Origin: Treponemataceae bacterium
GTDB lineage: Bacteria > Spirochaetota > Spirochaetia > Treponematales > Rectinemataceae
Length of the DNA: 64,000 nucleotides
Direction of reading: 5' to 3'
NCBI GenBank assembly: GCA_963678065.2
Contig: CAXXVZ010000003.1
Coordinates: 1,632,001-1,696,000 of the forward strand
A program made the translations under genes and the position numbers. The notes under the pieces are model-generated. The model ran no database searches, was not told where the DNA came from, and was given only the letters and a program-made list of their open reading frames with translations. Shown here piece after piece: positions 1 through 10,011 of the stretch; position 1 is the first letter of the stretch; each line of letters starts with the position of its first letter.

Positions 1-2515
1 GAAAGCGGCTGCGGAGACTGCGCGGATAGAAGCGGAGAAGGTAGCGGCTGAGAACGCCCGGCTTGCCGCGGAGAAACTCGCGGCTGAGAATGCGGCGGCA
101 GAGAAAGCAGCAGCTGAAGCGGCGCGGATCGAGGCTGAGAGGCTCGCGGCTGAGAAAGCGGCTGAGCTCAAGGCGAAAGCCGATCTGGAAGCATCGATAG
201 CGGCGGCCGACGTATCCCTCGCGAAGGCGCGCGAGCGGAAGGCCTGGGCGGATGCGGCAGGGATCAAAGCGGACTATCCGGCTGAGTACAAAGGTGCCAC
301 TGCAGCGATGACCGCTGCGGAGATAGCGTACGGCAACGAGAGCTATGAATCCGCGAAGGTGAACGCCGACGAAGTGGTTTCGATACTCTCGGCGGATTTT
401 GAAGCGAAAGTGATGGCGGAGCGAGCGGCCATCAAGGCAGCTGCGGAGAAAGCGGCAGCGGAGAAGGCAGCAGCGGAGCGAGCAGCGATCGAGAAAGCGG
501 CAGCGGACAAGCTTGCTGCGGACATGGCTGCGGCGCGGGCGAAAGCGGAAGCCGAGAGGCTTGCGGCTGAGAAAGCGGCTGCGGAGACTGCGCGGATAGA
601 AGCGGAGAAGGTAGCGGCTGAGAACGCCCGGCTTGCCGCAGAAAATGTCCGACTCGCGGCTGAGAACGCCCGGCTTGCCGCGGAGAAACTCGCGGCGGAG
701 AATGCGGCGGCAGAGAAAGCAGCAGCTGAAGCGGCGCGGATCGAGGCTGAGAGGCTGGCGGCTGAGAAAGCGGCTGAGCTCAAGGCGAAAGCCGATCTGG
801 AAGCATCGATAGCGGCGGCCGACGTATCCCTCGCGAAGGCGCACGAGCGCAAGGCCTGGGCGGATGCGGCAGGGATCAAAGCGGACTATCCGGCTGAGTA
901 CAAAGGTGCTACGGCAGCGATGACCGCTGCGGAGATTGCGTATGGCAACGAGAGCTATGAATCTGCGAAGGTGAACGCCGACGAAGTGGTTTCGATACTC
1001 TCGGCGGATTTTGAAGCGAAAGTGATGGCGGAGCGAGCGGCCATCAAGGCAGCTGCGGAGAAAGCGGCAGCGGAGAAGGCAGCAGCGGAACGAGCAGCGA
1101 TCGAGAAAGCGGCAGCGGACAAGCTTGCTGCGGACATGGCTGCGGCGCGGGCGAAAGCGGAAGCCGAGAGGCTTGCGGCTGAGAAAGCGGCTGCGGAGAC
1201 TGCGCGGATAGAAGCGGAGAAGGTAGCGGCTGAGAACGCCCGGCTTGCCGCAGAAAATGTCCGACTCGCGGCTGAGAACGCCCGGCTTGCCGCGGAGAAA
1301 CTCGCGGCGGAGCAGGCGGCGGCTGAGAAAGCAGCTGCAGAGGCGGCGCGGATTGAAGCTGAGAGGCTCGCGGCTGAGAAAGCGGCTGAGCTCAAGGCGA
1401 AAGCCGATCTGGAAGCATCGATAGCGGCGGCCGACGTATCCCTCGCGAAGGCGCACGAGCGGAAGGCCTGGGCGGATGCGGCAGGGATCAAAGCGGACTA
1501 TCCGGCTGAGTACAAAGGTGCTACGGCAGCGATGACCGCTGCGGAGATTGCGTACGGCAACGAGAGCTATGAATCCGCGAAGGTGAACGCCGACGAAGTG
1601 GTTTCGATACTCTCGGCTGATTTTGAAGCGAAAGTGATGGCGGAGCGAGCGGCCATCAAGGCAGCTGCGGAGAAAGCGGCTGCGGAGAAGGCAGCAGCGG
1701 AGCGAGCAGCGATCGAGAAAGCGGCAGCGGACAAGCTTGCTGCGGACATGGCTGCGGCGCGGGCGAAAGCGGAAGCCGAGAGGCTTGCGGCAGAGAAAGC
1801 GGCTGCGGAGACTGCGCGGATAGAAGCGGAGAAGGTAGCGGCTGAGAAGGCCCGGCTTGCCGCGGAGAAACTCGCGGCTGAGAATGCGGCGGCAGAGAAA
1901 GCAGCAGCTGAAGCGGCGCGGATCGAGGCTGAGAGGCTCGCGGCTGAGAAAGCGGCGGAGCTCAAGGCGAAAGCCGATCTGGAAGCATCGATAGCGGCGG
2001 CCGACGTATCCCTCGCGAAGGCGCGCGAGCGCAAGGCCTGGGCGGATGCGGAAGGGATCAAAGCGGACTATCCGGCTGAGTACAAAGGTGCCACTGCAGC
2101 GATGACCGCTGCGGAGATAGCGTACGGCAACGAGAGCTATGAATCCGCGAAGGTGAACGCCGACGAAGTGGTTTCGATACTCTCGGCTGATTTTGAAGCG
2201 AAAGTGATGGCGGAGCGAGCGGCCATCAAGGCAGCTGCGGAGAAAGCGGCAGCGGAGAAGGCAGCAGCGGAGCGAGCAGCGATCGAGAAAGCGGCAGCGG
2301 ACAAGCTTGCTGCGGACATGGCTGCGGCGCGGGCGAAAGCGGAAGCCGAGAGGCTTGCGGCAGAGAAAGCGGCTGCGGAGACTGCGCGGATAGAAGCGGA
2401 GAAGGTAGCGGCTGAGAACGCCCGGCTTGCCGCGGAGAAACTCGCGGCTGAGAATGCGGCGGCAGAGAAAGCAGCAGCTGAAGCGGCGCGGATCGAGGCT
2501 GAGAGGCTCGCGGCC
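1..2515 (+). repeat. Near-identical intragenic tandem repeats of 570/612 bp
   Basis: ATGACCGCTGCGGAGAT recurs at 308, 920, 1532 and 2102 (periods 612, 612, 570). Confidence 0.95.
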
Positions 2516-2995
2516 CTGAAGACCGATGCGACGAATACCCTCACCGCTGCCCAGCAGCGCTACGGGTGGGCTTCCGCATACAACGCCGCGAACAACTACC
2601 CGGCCGAGTACGGAAAGGCCTCCGGCTATCTCAAAACTGCCAGTGCAGCCGCCAAGGCTGGCGACTGGGCCACTGCAAAATCCAGTTCCATCGCCGTGAT
2701 CGACGCGCTCAAGGACGTGAAGGAGACCGCTCCCCTCCCCGCAAGCTACACGGTTCGCCTCATACCGGCGCGCCGCGACTGCCTGTGGAGGATCGCCGAG
2801 TACAGCTTCGTTTACAACAACCCGCTCAAGTGGCCGGTTCTCTACGAAGCGAACAAGAAGACCTTCAAGGATCCGAGCAACCCCAACCTGATCTATCCCG
2901 GACAGGTCATCGTCATCCCGAGCATCGCCGGCGAGACCAGAAAGGATATGTGGAGCACCGCCAAGACCTACGCGGAGTTCCCGAAGAAAAAATGA
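2..2995 (+). CDS. Giant Ala/Glu/Lys-rich repeat protein with C-terminal LysM domain (TmpB-like envelope protein); 5' partial
   Basis: Frame is open from base 2 (KAAAETARIE...). Repeated helical modules, then spirochaetal LysM YTVRLIPARRDCLWRIAE...WPVLYEANK...NPNLIYPGQVIVIP. Confidence 0.85.
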   Translation, partial: KAAAETARIEAEKVAAENARLAAEKLAAENAAAEKAAAEAARIEAERLAAEKAAELKAKADLEASIAAADVSLAKARERKAWADAAGIKADYPAEYKGATAAMTAAEIAYGNESYESAKVNADEVVSILSADFEAKVMAERAAIKAAAEKAAAEKAAAERAAIEKAAADKLAADMAAARAKAEAERLAAEKAAAETARIEAEKVAAENARLAAENVRLAAENARLAAEKLAAENAAAEKAAAEAARIEAERLAAEKAAELKAKADLEASIAAADVSLAKAHERKAWADAAGIKADYPAEYKGATAAMTAAEIAYGNESYESAKVNADEVVSILSADFEAKVMAERAAIKAAAEKAAAEKAAAERAAIEKAAADKLAADMAAARAKAEAERLAAEKAAAETARIEAEKVAAENARLAAENVRLAAENARLAAEKLAAEQAAAEKAAAEAARIEAERLAAEKAAELKAKADLEASIAAADVSLAKAHERKAWADAAGIKADYPAEYKGATAAMTAAEIAYGNESYESAKVNADEVVSILSADFEAKVMAERAAIKAAAEKAAAEKAAAERAAIEKAAADKLAADMAAARAKAEAERLAAEKAAAETARIEAEKVAAEKARLAAEKLAAENAAAEKAAAEAARIEAERLAAEKAAELKAKADLEASIAAADVSLAKARERKAWADAEGIKADYPAEYKGATAAMTAAEIAYGNESYESAKVNADEVVSILSADFEAKVMAERAAIKAAAEKAAAEKAAAERAAIEKAAADKLAADMAAARAKAEAERLAAEKAAAETARIEAEKVAAENARLAAEKLAAENAAAEKAAAEAARIEAERLAALKTDATNTLTAAQQRYGWASAYNAANNYPAEYGKASGYLKTASAAAKAGDWATAKSSSIAVIDALKDVKETAPLPASYTVRLIPARRDCLWRIAEYSFVYNNPLKWPVLYEANKKTFKDPSNPNLIYPGQVIVIPSIAGETRKDMWSTAKTYAEFPKKK

Positions 2996-3032
2996 TTCCG
3001 GAACGTGGGCGGATTTTCCGCCCATAAAAACC

Positions 3033-3064
3033 AAAGAGGCCATCCCGCGCGGGATGGCCTCTTT
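3033..3064. terminator. Bidirectional intrinsic terminator
   Basis: AAAGAGGCCATCCC-GCGC-GGGATGGCCTCTTT between convergent genes; smaller hairpin at 3006-3024. Confidence 0.8.
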
Positions 3065-3091
3065 GTATATCGTGGGTATACAGGAAGAAAT

Positions 3092-3919
3092 TCAGAAATC
3101 CACTCCCCCCTCTACCTCCCCTTCTCCGGAGTTGTTCCATGCTGAAAGTCCTGAGAGGACAGAGCGCCGCATCTCGTTCATGAAGGCGCTCGAGAATTTC
3201 CGGACATACATGTGCTGCCCGAAGTTCTCGGTGCCGGGCAGAAGGCCGTCCTTTGTGGCATTGAGCGAACCGAACATGGCCACGTAGTCTGCGTCGGTGC
3301 GGACGACATAGCGGTCCTTGAACACGACATGCCTTCTGTCGAATCGCGGACGGGGCGGGAGCGCGGCCTGGCGCGCCGAAGGGTAGCCCAGGCAGAGCAT
3401 GGCGACGGGAAAGGCGTGCTCGGGCAACCCGAAAAGTTCCCGGTGGGTTTCGAAACGCTCCATTATGTCGCCGATATAGCAGGAACCGAGACCGAAAGAC
3501 TCCGCGGCGATGACGATGCTTTGGGCGCAGGCCATCGCGTCGCTCGTGGCGAGCATGAAGTCCGCGATGCCGGGGCCGACCATCTTGGTGCCCCGCTTCT
3601 CGCACATCTCGGGAATGCCCGAATGCCGAAAGAAACCCATCCAGCGCCCGTAGTCGGCCAGAAACACGAGAACCCAGGGCGACTTCGCGATGAAAGGCTG
3701 CTTGTCGCAGGTCTCGGCGAGAGTATCTTTCAACGCCTGATCCTCGATCTCGAGGATCGAATAGAGCATCATGTTGCCGGCCGTGGGCGCCCTGAGTCCG
3801 GCCTCGATGATGGCCGCGCGCAGTTCGCTCGGCACTGCCCTTCCGTCGAACTCGCGCACCGAATGCCGCGCGCGCATGAGGCCGAGGATGGCTTCCGAGG
3901 CAGCCTGATTGTCCGTCAT
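3092..3919 (-). CDS. NfsA/NfrA-like nitroreductase
   Basis: RHSVREF, APTAGNMMLYSI, AESFGLGSCYIG, LCLGYP. Confidence 0.9.
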   Translation of the reverse strand: MTDNQAASEAILGLMRARHSVREFDGRAVPSELRAAIIEAGLRAPTAGNMMLYSILEIEDQALKDTLAETCDKQPFIAKSPWVLVFLADYGRWMGFFRHSGIPEMCEKRGTKMVGPGIADFMLATSDAMACAQSIVIAAESFGLGSCYIGDIMERFETHRELFGLPEHAFPVAMLCLGYPSARQAALPPRPRFDRRHVVFKDRYVVRTDADYVAMFGSLNATKDGLLPGTENFGQHMYVRKFSSAFMNEMRRSVLSGLSAWNNSGEGEVEGGVDF

Positions 3920-3922
3920 ATC

Positions 3923-5257
3923 TTACCTCGCCCCGAAGACGGCCATGGCCCTGTAGTGCTCGAGAATGAGCGCGGTCATGGACTCGTGGTCGCGGGTGCC
4001 GATCGTCTCGCGTATGGAGTGCATGGACAAGAGGGGATGTCCGATATCGACGGTCTTGATGCCGGTCAGCGCCGAGGACATCGGGCCGATCGTCGATCCG
4101 GGAATGATGTCGGAGCGCGACATGAACTTCTGGCAGGGAACGCCGATCCGCGAGCAGTACACGCGGATGGCGGCCTCCGACTCGCTGTCGGTCGCGTATT
4201 TGAAGTTGGCGTTGGCCTTCACCGCGGGGCCGCCGTTCAAAAGGGGCGCGAAGCCCTCGTCGTACTTGTCGCCGTAAGAAGGATGCCATGCCTGGGCCAC
4301 ATCCACCGAGACCGAGAAGGAGCGCGCGAGTGCCCTGTAGAAGCCCTGACTGTCGCAGCCCGAGAGGAGGCAGATGCGCGCGAGGGTGTCGCGCATGAAG
4401 GAAGAATCCGCGCCCTGTGCTGTCCTCGAGCCGATCTCTTCGGCGTCCATGAAGCAGGCCAGCTGGCCATGCATGGCAGGAGAAGCTGCGAGCAGGGCCT
4501 GCAGAACAGCGTGGCAGCCGGCGAGATCGTCGAGCCGGGATCCGTTGACGAGACTGCCCGAGCAATTGTCGAGCTCTCCGATGACGACGGCGGGGCGGCC
4601 CTCCACGAAGAAGAGGTCGGCGGCCAGTATGTTCGCCGCGTCGATGCCGAGATCCAGGGCGAGACGCCTCCTGAGCCAGCCCGTGCCGTTTTCTCCCGCC
4701 TTTCCCGTTTCCTGGGCGAGAGCTTCCACGAGCACCGGCAGATGGTTCTGGCTGTTGTACTCGAAACCCTTGTTCACCTCGCGGTTGAGGTGGATGGCGA
4801 GATTCGGGATGAGGCCGACCGGCTTCGCGGAGTTGTAGAGGAGACTCGTTATCGCCTCGCCCGAGCGCAGGGCCACGCGGCCCGCGAGAGAGAGCGGCCT
4901 GTCGAGCCAGGTCGACACGATGGGTCCGCCGTAGATCTCCACGGGGATTCTCTCCATGCCCTTGGCCTCGAGGACCTTCCCGAGGCGGGCTTTGAGCGCG
5001 GGGCTGTCGGTGTGGGCGCCGGCCAGCGCGAATCCGGATTCGGCCGGCGAAACGAGGCCGGTCCGGAATGCGATGACGGCGGAACCTCCCCTGCGCACGA
5101 AGTAGAGGACTCCCGGCTCGAGTTCCCAGATGCCGGATTCCGGCAACTCGTGGGCTCCGCAGGCCGAGAGTGTCGTCGCGATGTTGTCGGCGGCATGATA
5201 GGCGGTGGGGGACGCGTCGACGAAGTCGCACATATCCTTGATGGTGTTGCGGTCCAT
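3923..5257 (-). CDS. M18 family aminopeptidase
   Basis: SPTAYHA, AHTDSP, RLDDL, DAEEIGS, GSTIGP, LSMHSIRE; GGAGG before ATG 5257. Confidence 0.93.
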   Translation of the reverse strand: MDRNTIKDMCDFVDASPTAYHAADNIATTLSACGAHELPESGIWELEPGVLYFVRRGGSAVIAFRTGLVSPAESGFALAGAHTDSPALKARLGKVLEAKGMERIPVEIYGGPIVSTWLDRPLSLAGRVALRSGEAITSLLYNSAKPVGLIPNLAIHLNREVNKGFEYNSQNHLPVLVEALAQETGKAGENGTGWLRRRLALDLGIDAANILAADLFFVEGRPAVVIGELDNCSGSLVNGSRLDDLAGCHAVLQALLAASPAMHGQLACFMDAEEIGSRTAQGADSSFMRDTLARICLLSGCDSQGFYRALARSFSVSVDVAQAWHPSYGDKYDEGFAPLLNGGPAVKANANFKYATDSESEAAIRVYCSRIGVPCQKFMSRSDIIPGSTIGPMSSALTGIKTVDIGHPLLSMHSIRETIGTRDHESMTALILEHYRAMAVFGAR

Positions 5258-5279
5258 GAAAACCTCCGGAGGCAAGAGC

Positions 5280-5660
5280 TCAGTTCTGCGTGGTTTTTTC
5301 CGGCGAAACTGGCTTTTCCCGCCGGTAGAAGGCTTTTTCGAGTCGCTCTTCGAGATCGAGATTGTCGAAATAGAGAGAGGCGAGCGTTCCGCGGATCTCG
5401 GAGAGACCGGCGCGGAGTTCCTCGTCGGGGTGCATGAGTTCGTTTTCGAGAAGCTTCTTGGCCTTCCCGAGACCAAATCCTCTCACGAGGGCGAGGTGCT
5501 TAAGTCTGAGGAGTATGCAGGTGTCGGAAACCGAGTAGAGTCGCCGGCCGAAGACATCCTTGCGCGGCGCAATGAACACGACTTCCTTTTCCCAAAATCT
5601 GAGTGTGGAAGCCGGAAGGCCGAGAAGCCGTTCTACCCTGCTCGTTGCCTTTAGGGACAT
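5280..5660 (-). CDS. MerR-family HTH protein
   Basis: VERLLGLPASTLRFWEKE...GRRLYS; directly downstream of der. Confidence 0.8.
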   Translation of the reverse strand: MSLKATSRVERLLGLPASTLRFWEKEVVFIAPRKDVFGRRLYSVSDTCILLRLKHLALVRGFGLGKAKKLLENELMHPDEELRAGLSEIRGTLASLYFDNLDLEERLEKAFYRREKPVSPEKTTQN

Positions 5661-5664
5661 AGGC

Positions 5665-7068
5665 CTACTTCTTTTTCTCCTCTTGGAGCTTTTCCCAGTC
5701 GGTGCGGGAAGCCCTGAGTTCGAGCATGACGGGCACCTTGTCGAGGCTGAATTCGGAGCGGATCTTGTTCCGCAGGAAGGACACGTAGGAATCCGCGACA
5801 GCCTCGGGTTTCGTGACGAAAAAAATGAATTTCTGGGGATTCGTCCCGGTCTGAAGGGCATAGCGGAGTTTGAATTTGGTGCGCGGGGCGACGGGCGGAG
5901 GAGTGGTCTCGAGCCAGTATGCCGCCGCCTTGTTCACCTTGCTCGTCTCGATCGTCTTGTTCAGCTGGGCGTAGATGGTGATGACCATGTTGAGGAGCTT
6001 GTCGACGCCCGTTCCCTCCTTCGCGGAGAGAGGGAGGACGGGAGCGTAGGCCATCTGGCCGAAGAAATACCTGAGCTTGTCCTTGCTGGCCTCGAAGGAG
6101 TTCTTGAGGTCGGGCATCCTGTCCCACTTGTTGAGGGCGAAAATGACGCCGCGCCCGCGTTCGGCCGCGAAGGCCGTGATCTTCTTGTCCTGGTCGGTGA
6201 GTCCTTCCTCGGCGTCGATCATGAGGACGACGATGTCGCAGCGCTCGACGACGGCGATGGAGCGTGTCACCGAGTAATACTCGACATTCTCCGTCACCTT
6301 CTTTTTCTTCCTGATGCCGGCCGTGTCCAGGACTGTTATGCCCCTGCCCTTCCAGGTGAAACGCCCCTCGACGATGTCGCGCGTGGTGCCGGCGACTTCG
6401 CTCACGATGGATTTCTCCTCGCCCATCATGCGGTTGAGGAGGGTCGACTTGCCGGTGTTGGGCTTGCCCATGATGGCGAGCCTGATGTCCGCCCTCTCCA
6501 CGTCTATCTCGCGTATGCGGGAAAAATCAAGGCGAGGGATCATCGTCGATACGAGGAGGTCAACGTTGCGGCCATGCTCCGCCGAAACGAAGATAACCGG
6601 GTGAAATCCCCATCGGACGTGGCTGTAGGCCATGTTGTCGCGCTCAGGGCTGTCCGCCTTGTTCACCACGAGGAGGAGCTTGGGAGCGTATTTCCGCAGA
6701 AGGGCGGCGAATTCCTCGTCCTCGGGGGTGATCTGCATGCAGTCGACGAGAAAGATGATGAGATCGGCCTTCTCGAGGGCGGCGAGGCTCTTTTCGACAA
6801 CGAGATCGTCGAGGCCCTCACGGTCCACCTTGAACCCGCCCGTATCGACGAGGAGTACGCGCCTGTCCGTGCCGGGAAGAAGGCATTCGGATTCGAGCGG
6901 ATCGCGGGTCACGCCGGGAGTCGGATCGGTGATGGCCTTCCGCTTGTGCAGGAGGCGGTTGTAGAGGGTCGACTTGCCCGCGTTGGGACGGCCGGCGATG
7001 ACGACGACGGGAAGATTCTCGTAGCGCATGCGGCGCTCGGGCTCTTCCGGGAGAATTCGCTCTTCCAT
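5665..7068 (-). CDS. der: Ribosome biogenesis GTPase Der (EngA)
   Basis: Two G domains: GRPNAGKS/DTGG/NKAD and GKPNTGKS/DTAG/NKWD. Confidence 0.97.
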   Translation of the reverse strand: MEERILPEEPERRMRYENLPVVVIAGRPNAGKSTLYNRLLHKRKAITDPTPGVTRDPLESECLLPGTDRRVLLVDTGGFKVDREGLDDLVVEKSLAALEKADLIIFLVDCMQITPEDEEFAALLRKYAPKLLLVVNKADSPERDNMAYSHVRWGFHPVIFVSAEHGRNVDLLVSTMIPRLDFSRIREIDVERADIRLAIMGKPNTGKSTLLNRMMGEEKSIVSEVAGTTRDIVEGRFTWKGRGITVLDTAGIRKKKKVTENVEYYSVTRSIAVVERCDIVVLMIDAEEGLTDQDKKITAFAAERGRGVIFALNKWDRMPDLKNSFEASKDKLRYFFGQMAYAPVLPLSAKEGTGVDKLLNMVITIYAQLNKTIETSKVNKAAAYWLETTPPPVAPRTKFKLRYALQTGTNPQKFIFFVTKPEAVADSYVSFLRNKIRSEFSLDKVPVMLELRASRTDWEKLQEEKKK

Positions 7069-7086
7069 GGTGCTCCTGGAGAAAAC

Positions 7087-8808
7087 TTATACCCGGACGC
7101 GGGCGGACAGATAGGCCGCGACCTCGCCGGAACTCTGCATTTTCATGACTGTCGTCGCTATCTCGCGGGCGGTCACGATGCTCAGGGAACGGATCGCACG
7201 CTTGACCGCGGGTATGGCGACGCAGGACATCGACAGTTCGCTCATTCCCATCCCGGCGAGAAGCACCGCCGCCGCGGGATCGGCCGCCATCTCGCCGCAG
7301 ATGCCGACCGGGATTCCGGCGGCGGCCGCATTCTCGATCGTCAGCTTGATGAGGCGCAGGACGGCGGGGTGAAAGGGTTCGTGGAGGTAGGATACTTTCT
7401 CGTTGCCGCGGTCGACCGCCATGGTGTACTGGATGAGGTCGTTGGTGCCGATCGAGAAGAAATCGGCCGTCCTGGCGAGAATGTCGGAAGAGAGGGCGGC
7501 GGAAGGAACCTCGACCATGATGCCGACGGGAATGCGGGCGGGGACGGCGTGGCCCCGGGAACGGCACTCGGAGCGGGCCTCCTCGAGAAGGCCGCGGGCC
7601 CTGTCCAGTTCGTCCGCCGTGGAAATCATGGGGAACATGATGCGTGTATCGCCGAAAACGGCTGCCCTGAGGAGGGCGCGGAGCTGGGTCTTGAAAATGT
7701 CGGTCCTCGAGAGGCAGAAGCGGATGGCCCTCCAGCCGAGGAGGGGATTCTTCTCGTCCTGGGCGCCGAGCTCCGGAAGGACCTTATCTCCGCCGATGTC
7801 CAGCGTACGGATGGTGACGGGCTTGCCCTTCATCCCCTCGATCACCGTGCGGTAGGCGTTGAACTGCTCTTCCTCTCCGGGGACGTGGCCTCCGAGGAAG
7901 AGGAACTCGGAGCGGAAGAGTCCGATGCCGTCGGGGCCATGGCTGAGGACAGCGGCCATCTCATCAGGGATCTCGATATTGGCCTTGAGTTGGATCTGGG
8001 TGCCGTCCACCGTAGAGGCAGGCAGATCGCGCAGCATCTCGAGCTCGGAATCCTTCTCGCTCTGCGCAGTGACGGCCGCGGCGGCCCGGTCCAGGGCGGC
8101 CTGGTCGGGATCGGAAATTACAAGGCCCCTGTTTCCGTCCACGATGAGTATGGTGCCGGAATGCAGGGATGCGACATCGGGGCCGACGCCGAGGACGGCG
8201 GGAATCTGGAATGCGCGCGCGAGGATGGCGGCGTGGCTCGTACGCCCTCCCGCCTCGGTGACCACGGCCTTGATGTGGGCGCGGTTCATCGAGATCATGT
8301 CGGAAGGCAGAAGGTCGCGGGCGACGAGGATCGAGTCGACGCTGATGTCCGCGAGGCAGAAGCGCTCTTTCTTGAGAAGGTGGCCCATGATCCTGCGGGA
8401 GACATCGTGGACGTCGGAAATCCGTTCCTGGACGTAGGGGTCCTGGATGGAAGAGAGTTTTTCCACGAGATCGCGCTCGAGGTCGAGGACGAGGCGCTCG
8501 GTATTCCGGTGAGTCTGGTCGAGATCGTGGCGGATGCGGTCGATGACCTCGGGATCGTCGAGCATGAGGAGGTGGGCTTCGAAAATGGCGGCCTGCTCCT
8601 GTCCTGCTTCGGCGAGAGCCTTGTCGCGAAGGAGGGCGACTTCTTCTTTTGCCCTCCCGGTGGCGGCCACAAATCGGGCCCACTCCGCGGGAATGTCGCC
8701 CGGCTCTATCGAATAGGACGGGACATTGGGCTCCTCTTCCTCGTAAAAAAGGAAGGCGGGGGCGGAAGCTGTGCCGGGCGATGCGGCGATTCCGCGGATT
8801 TCTCTCAT
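7087..8808 (-). CDS. ptsI: PEP-protein phosphotransferase (PTS enzyme I)
   Basis: GGRTSHAAILAR, GLFRSEF, RTLDIGGDK, NPLLGWRAIR, SIGTNDL, GICGEMA. Confidence 0.97.
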   Translation of the reverse strand: MREIRGIAASPGTASAPAFLFYEEEEPNVPSYSIEPGDIPAEWARFVAATGRAKEEVALLRDKALAEAGQEQAAIFEAHLLMLDDPEVIDRIRHDLDQTHRNTERLVLDLERDLVEKLSSIQDPYVQERISDVHDVSRRIMGHLLKKERFCLADISVDSILVARDLLPSDMISMNRAHIKAVVTEAGGRTSHAAILARAFQIPAVLGVGPDVASLHSGTILIVDGNRGLVISDPDQAALDRAAAAVTAQSEKDSELEMLRDLPASTVDGTQIQLKANIEIPDEMAAVLSHGPDGIGLFRSEFLFLGGHVPGEEEQFNAYRTVIEGMKGKPVTIRTLDIGGDKVLPELGAQDEKNPLLGWRAIRFCLSRTDIFKTQLRALLRAAVFGDTRIMFPMISTADELDRARGLLEEARSECRSRGHAVPARIPVGIMVEVPSAALSSDILARTADFFSIGTNDLIQYTMAVDRGNEKVSYLHEPFHPAVLRLIKLTIENAAAAGIPVGICGEMAADPAAAVLLAGMGMSELSMSCVAIPAVKRAIRSLSIVTAREIATTVMKMQSSGEVAAYLSARVRV

Positions 8809-8816
8809 ATGTGAAT

Positions 8817-8845
8817 ACTCTATCAGATAATCGTTTACGCGTCAA
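8817..8845 (-). promoter_or_regulatory. sigma70-like promoter of ptsI
   Basis: TTGACG-17-TAGAGT, 8 nt before ATG. Confidence 0.6.
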
Positions 8846-8903
8846 ACCAAGGCGTAAAGGAGAGCGCGGAGGCGGGCTCCTCTGACGACGAGTCCGCCTT
8901 AAG

Positions 8904-9794
8904 TCAGTTGAGGAGACTCGACGGATTCACCGCCCGGCCGTTCTTGAAAATGGAGAAGTGGACGTGCGGACCTGTAGTGTATCCGGTGTTCCCGACGTTG
9001 CCGATGCGCGTGCCGGCACGGACAGACTGTCCCGGCGTGACCGCTATGACGCTCATGTGACCGTAGAAGGTGGACCATCCGCCTGAGTGCTTGATCGCGA
9101 CGAATTTGCCCATGATGGGGGAATAGCCTGAGTCCGTCACGACGCCGTCGTTGGCTGCGACGAGGGTGGTGCCGATGGGGGCCGCTATGTCGAGTGCGTT
9201 GTGGTAGGTTTTCCTTCCGGTGAAGGGATCGTTGCGCCAGCCGAACCATTCCGTGACTTTGCCGCGGGCAGGCCAGCGGAACATATCGCCCGAGATCTCC
9301 TTGAGCTTGGAGACTGGCAGCTTGGCATCAGGAAGGAAAATGGTCTTCACCGAATCGAAGGCTTCGGACATGAGGTGATTCGTCTCGATGATCCGATTGG
9401 CCTCTATCTTGTAGTTTTCTGCGATCGCGGCGACGGTGTCACCCTTTTTCGTCTCGTACAGGATGCCCGTCATGTTGGGAATCTTGAGGAACTGGTCGGG
9501 TTGCAAGGATTTGGCCGCCTGGATGCCGTTGAAACTGACCACCGTGTCCAGGCTGACGTCGAAGTCATTCGCGATACCGCTGATCGTGTCGCCCTTCCCG
9601 ACCCGGTACACCGAATAGAACAGCCCTGGATCCTCTTCCGCAGGCACCTCGGCTTCGGTGAGGAGGATGCGACTCCGGGGATCCAGACTTCCGAGCGAAA
9701 TCCCGGGCGGAAGGATGGGGCCGAAACTCGATCCGATGAATCCGATAAGACAGAGAACCGTAAAAACCGTCTTCCGGAAGACGGAGCCGTTCAT
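8904..9794 (-). CDS. LysM-containing M23 peptidase
   Basis: Two LysM repeats; HNALD, YGHM, GYTTGPHVHF; start uncertain. Confidence 0.9.
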   Translation of the reverse strand: MNGSVFRKTVFTVLCLIGFIGSSFGPILPPGISLGSLDPRSRILLTEAEVPAEEDPGLFYSVYRVGKGDTISGIANDFDVSLDTVVSFNGIQAAKSLQPDQFLKIPNMTGILYETKKGDTVAAIAENYKIEANRIIETNHLMSEAFDSVKTIFLPDAKLPVSKLKEISGDMFRWPARGKVTEWFGWRNDPFTGRKTYHNALDIAAPIGTTLVAANDGVVTDSGYSPIMGKFVAIKHSGGWSTFYGHMSVIAVTPGQSVRAGTRIGNVGNTGYTTGPHVHFSIFKNGRAVNPSSLLN

Positions 9795-10011
9795 ATGCAC
9801 GAGTATATGTTCTTTTCGCTGTCGTCTTTTTCTCAGGATCAAAACCGAAGTCCTTTCGTGACGGGATGCCGGAAAAGCGTCGTGGCTTTCGGCATTCCGC
9901 CGGGGGATGGCAGGACGTGGCATGACTGCCCGGAAACTGTCCCTACGGAGGGCAGTATATACCGGTGTCCGGAAAAAGCGCAACCTCTTTTTTTTGAGCC
10001 GGAAAGGCGCA

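Noticed and set aside
1..2515. Repeats as a CRISPR array
   Set aside because: Coding, about 600-bp units, no unique spacers, no cas genes
343..2544. Four repeated minus-strand Ser/Ala ORFs
   Set aside because: Mirror of the Ala/Glu/Lys repeat on the plus strand
2913..5437. 772-aa and 741-aa ORFs
   Set aside because: Alternative-frame or antisense shadows of the nitroreductase and M18 genes
5560..8814. 1084-aa plus-strand ORF
   Set aside because: Antisense shadow of der and ptsI, typical of high-GC DNA; no motifs
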